A stretch of DNA of 62,481 bases, filler included, from Diploschistes diacapsis (lineage: Eukaryota), in assembly GCA_023645945.1 (NCBI GenBank). It is 10 parts of 10 records of this genome, joined end to end, with 100 filler letters (N's around TTAATTAATTAA, not from the genome) between each part and the next. Parts side by side here need not be neighbours in the genome. Positions count along the whole stretch, not along the records: positions 60,684 to 62,481 come from JALAIB010002612.1; 9 more parts are not named here. One strand, written 5' to 3'. The notes under the pieces were generated by a model. The model was not told the origin of the DNA and did no database searches. It was given only the letters and a program-made list of their open reading frames with translations. This document shows, one piece after another, positions 60,684-62,481 of this stretch (position 1 is the first letter of the stretch; every line of letters begins with the position of its first letter). Position numbers and translations under genes: made by a program.

Positions 60684-62481
60684 ATTGGTTATTAAAAGCT
60701 TACGATTCGTTAAACTCGTTTTTTAATTTTTATTTATTTTATGATTATAGACGGGTATTACGCTTCGATCGCGAGTTATTTATCATATTTCGAACCGTAG
60801 TCCCTAAAAAAGAAAAGAAGTTATAATTATAATAAATTAATATTATAATATAATAATAAAATAAATAAATAATTATTCGATAACTAAATCTTTGTTAAAC
60901 GATAGATGTATTAATAAAATAATTTTTAAAAAATTATTTCTGTATGCGAAAACTTTGTTTTTATATAAGAACACGTTAGCGGGCCTTGGTATATGCTTGG
61001 CATACCCCCTGGTAGCCATTATTGGGTTCTGCGTATTACACCTACGTAACGTAACGGACTTGTAACGTAATTACAAATAAATATAGTATATTTATTTCCC
61101 GTGTATTGTTAATTATTATAAACCATTCTCGGTATTCCGCTATAAATAGCCCTTAGTATTCAAGTAAAGGTTAGAGTCGAAGGTATCTTATAACGCTAAT
61201 AACGTGCTCGTTGAATACGGCTTGCTTACGAATAATATACGTTTCATATTCCGTTTCGATTATCGGAAACGTGGTTTAAATTTCTAGATTCGTTATTTCC
61301 GTAATTAGATCTTAGATTCTTTTTTATTTTAGTAATTTCTCGCGTTTTTTTTTAAGGTGGGAGATGCGTTCCCGATTAAATCGCGAAGGGTCTGCGTTCG
61401 ATAGATATTTTTTTTTAATAATAGAATTTTGAGATTAATCTTTTTCGTCTAATTTAAAAATTTCGACGGCGACGCGTTTCCTTTCGACGATTTCTTTTCT
61501 TCGCGAGGCCTCTGCGGCTATTGACTGTAAAAATTCCGTTAATATCTTGTTATGTATTAATGATTCCCGTCGGGATGAAATAACGGTATCCGTTAAATCT
61601 ACGACTATTATCGATCTTTTAATATCTCGAGATATAGTCACGGCTTTTCGTTTTTTTTTCGTCATTTTACCGGACCACTATTTTATTAAAGAAGGAGAAA
61701 TTAGAACTGTAAAGGATGAAATATAATAATATAATATTAATAATTATAATATTCATAAACTAATTTCTCGAGAAAAAAAGAAGAGATTTTTTTATAAAAA
61801 CTCCTCTTATGACCTGCGGCCTTGGAGCGGCCTTGGCGCGGCGCTAGGACTGAGTTCCTCCGCTCGCCCGGAGGACTGTCACAGCTATCTGTTACACCGA
61901 AGCACTGTTTCCCTATTACACTATATGTAGGTGCGTGGCTGTGGCAGCAGGGGGACCTGAACCCCAGGGCGCACCTTTAGGCGTTACAAAACGATTAATA
62001 ATAAGAAATATAGATGCGAAACGGATATATTAAAACCCGGTTAAAAGCTAAGATCCGGAAACGACTAAAAAGGTGAGATAATAAATTCTATTACGGATTC
62101 TATTAGAAGCGTAATGACAGTCGAAAAAGGATTAGAAGAATTAAGGCTAAGTATAAGTAAAGAAGTGATCAATATATACCGTTTGCAAGGCCTGCCACGG
62201 CGTTAAGGACGGATAATAAATTTTTTTTTACCGCCTGTACGAGCTTATTTATAAGCGTATCGCTTTTAATCGAGGATATCGTTGGGGACGTATTAAAAGC
62301 TTATTTAGACGTATTAAAAATATACTCTGGCATTTTGATTAAGAAGATATAAAAGGCGAGATATTAGTGGCAACGAGAAGCAAAAACGGACGACGAACGA
62401 AAAGTAAGAACGAACGACGATAGTAACTCGCTGATAGGATCTATAGCATAAATTGAAGGAATAAGAATTAAAAGATAAAGA
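60684..62481. mobile_element. RIP-degraded repeat mosaic, family unassigned
   Basis: AT-rich and CpA-depleted; contains the empty Tc1 target site at 61897-61946. Confidence 0.5.

Overview
Eukaryotic DNA from a filamentous ascomycete (Pezizomycotina-type genes, short GT-AG introns, RIP-degraded repeats). The window is not one locus. It is ten unrelated contigs joined by artificial 100-nt spacers (N44-TTAATTAATTAA-N44). Two contigs are gene-rich (~23.6 kb each). Contig 1-23609 holds ALG11, COX18, a POF1-like nucleotidyltransferase, a HeLo-like/SesA-ankyrin gene, several orphan or decayed ORFs and a Tourist-like MITE. Contig 33211-56786 holds CTF1-alpha/FarA, MCD4, an alpha/beta hydrolase, HNT2, a 1216-aa conserved protein, epsin, MDJ1 and a truncated BRO1, plus a 202-bp MITE. 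The other eight contigs are ~1.8 kb, AT-rich and RIP-mutated, with copia, gypsy-type LTR, Fot1/pogo and Tc1 relics. Most notable observations: (1) a RIP-damaged Argonaute/PIWI-like C-terminal fragment among transposons; (2) Tf1-type self-priming LTRs with a compensatory base change between two copies, one of them in a TRIM-like miniature element; (3) two intact MITEs in genic DNA; (4) an NLR-like HeLo-ankyrin gene lacking a NACHT domain. All family calls come from motif recognition by eye; no searches were run.
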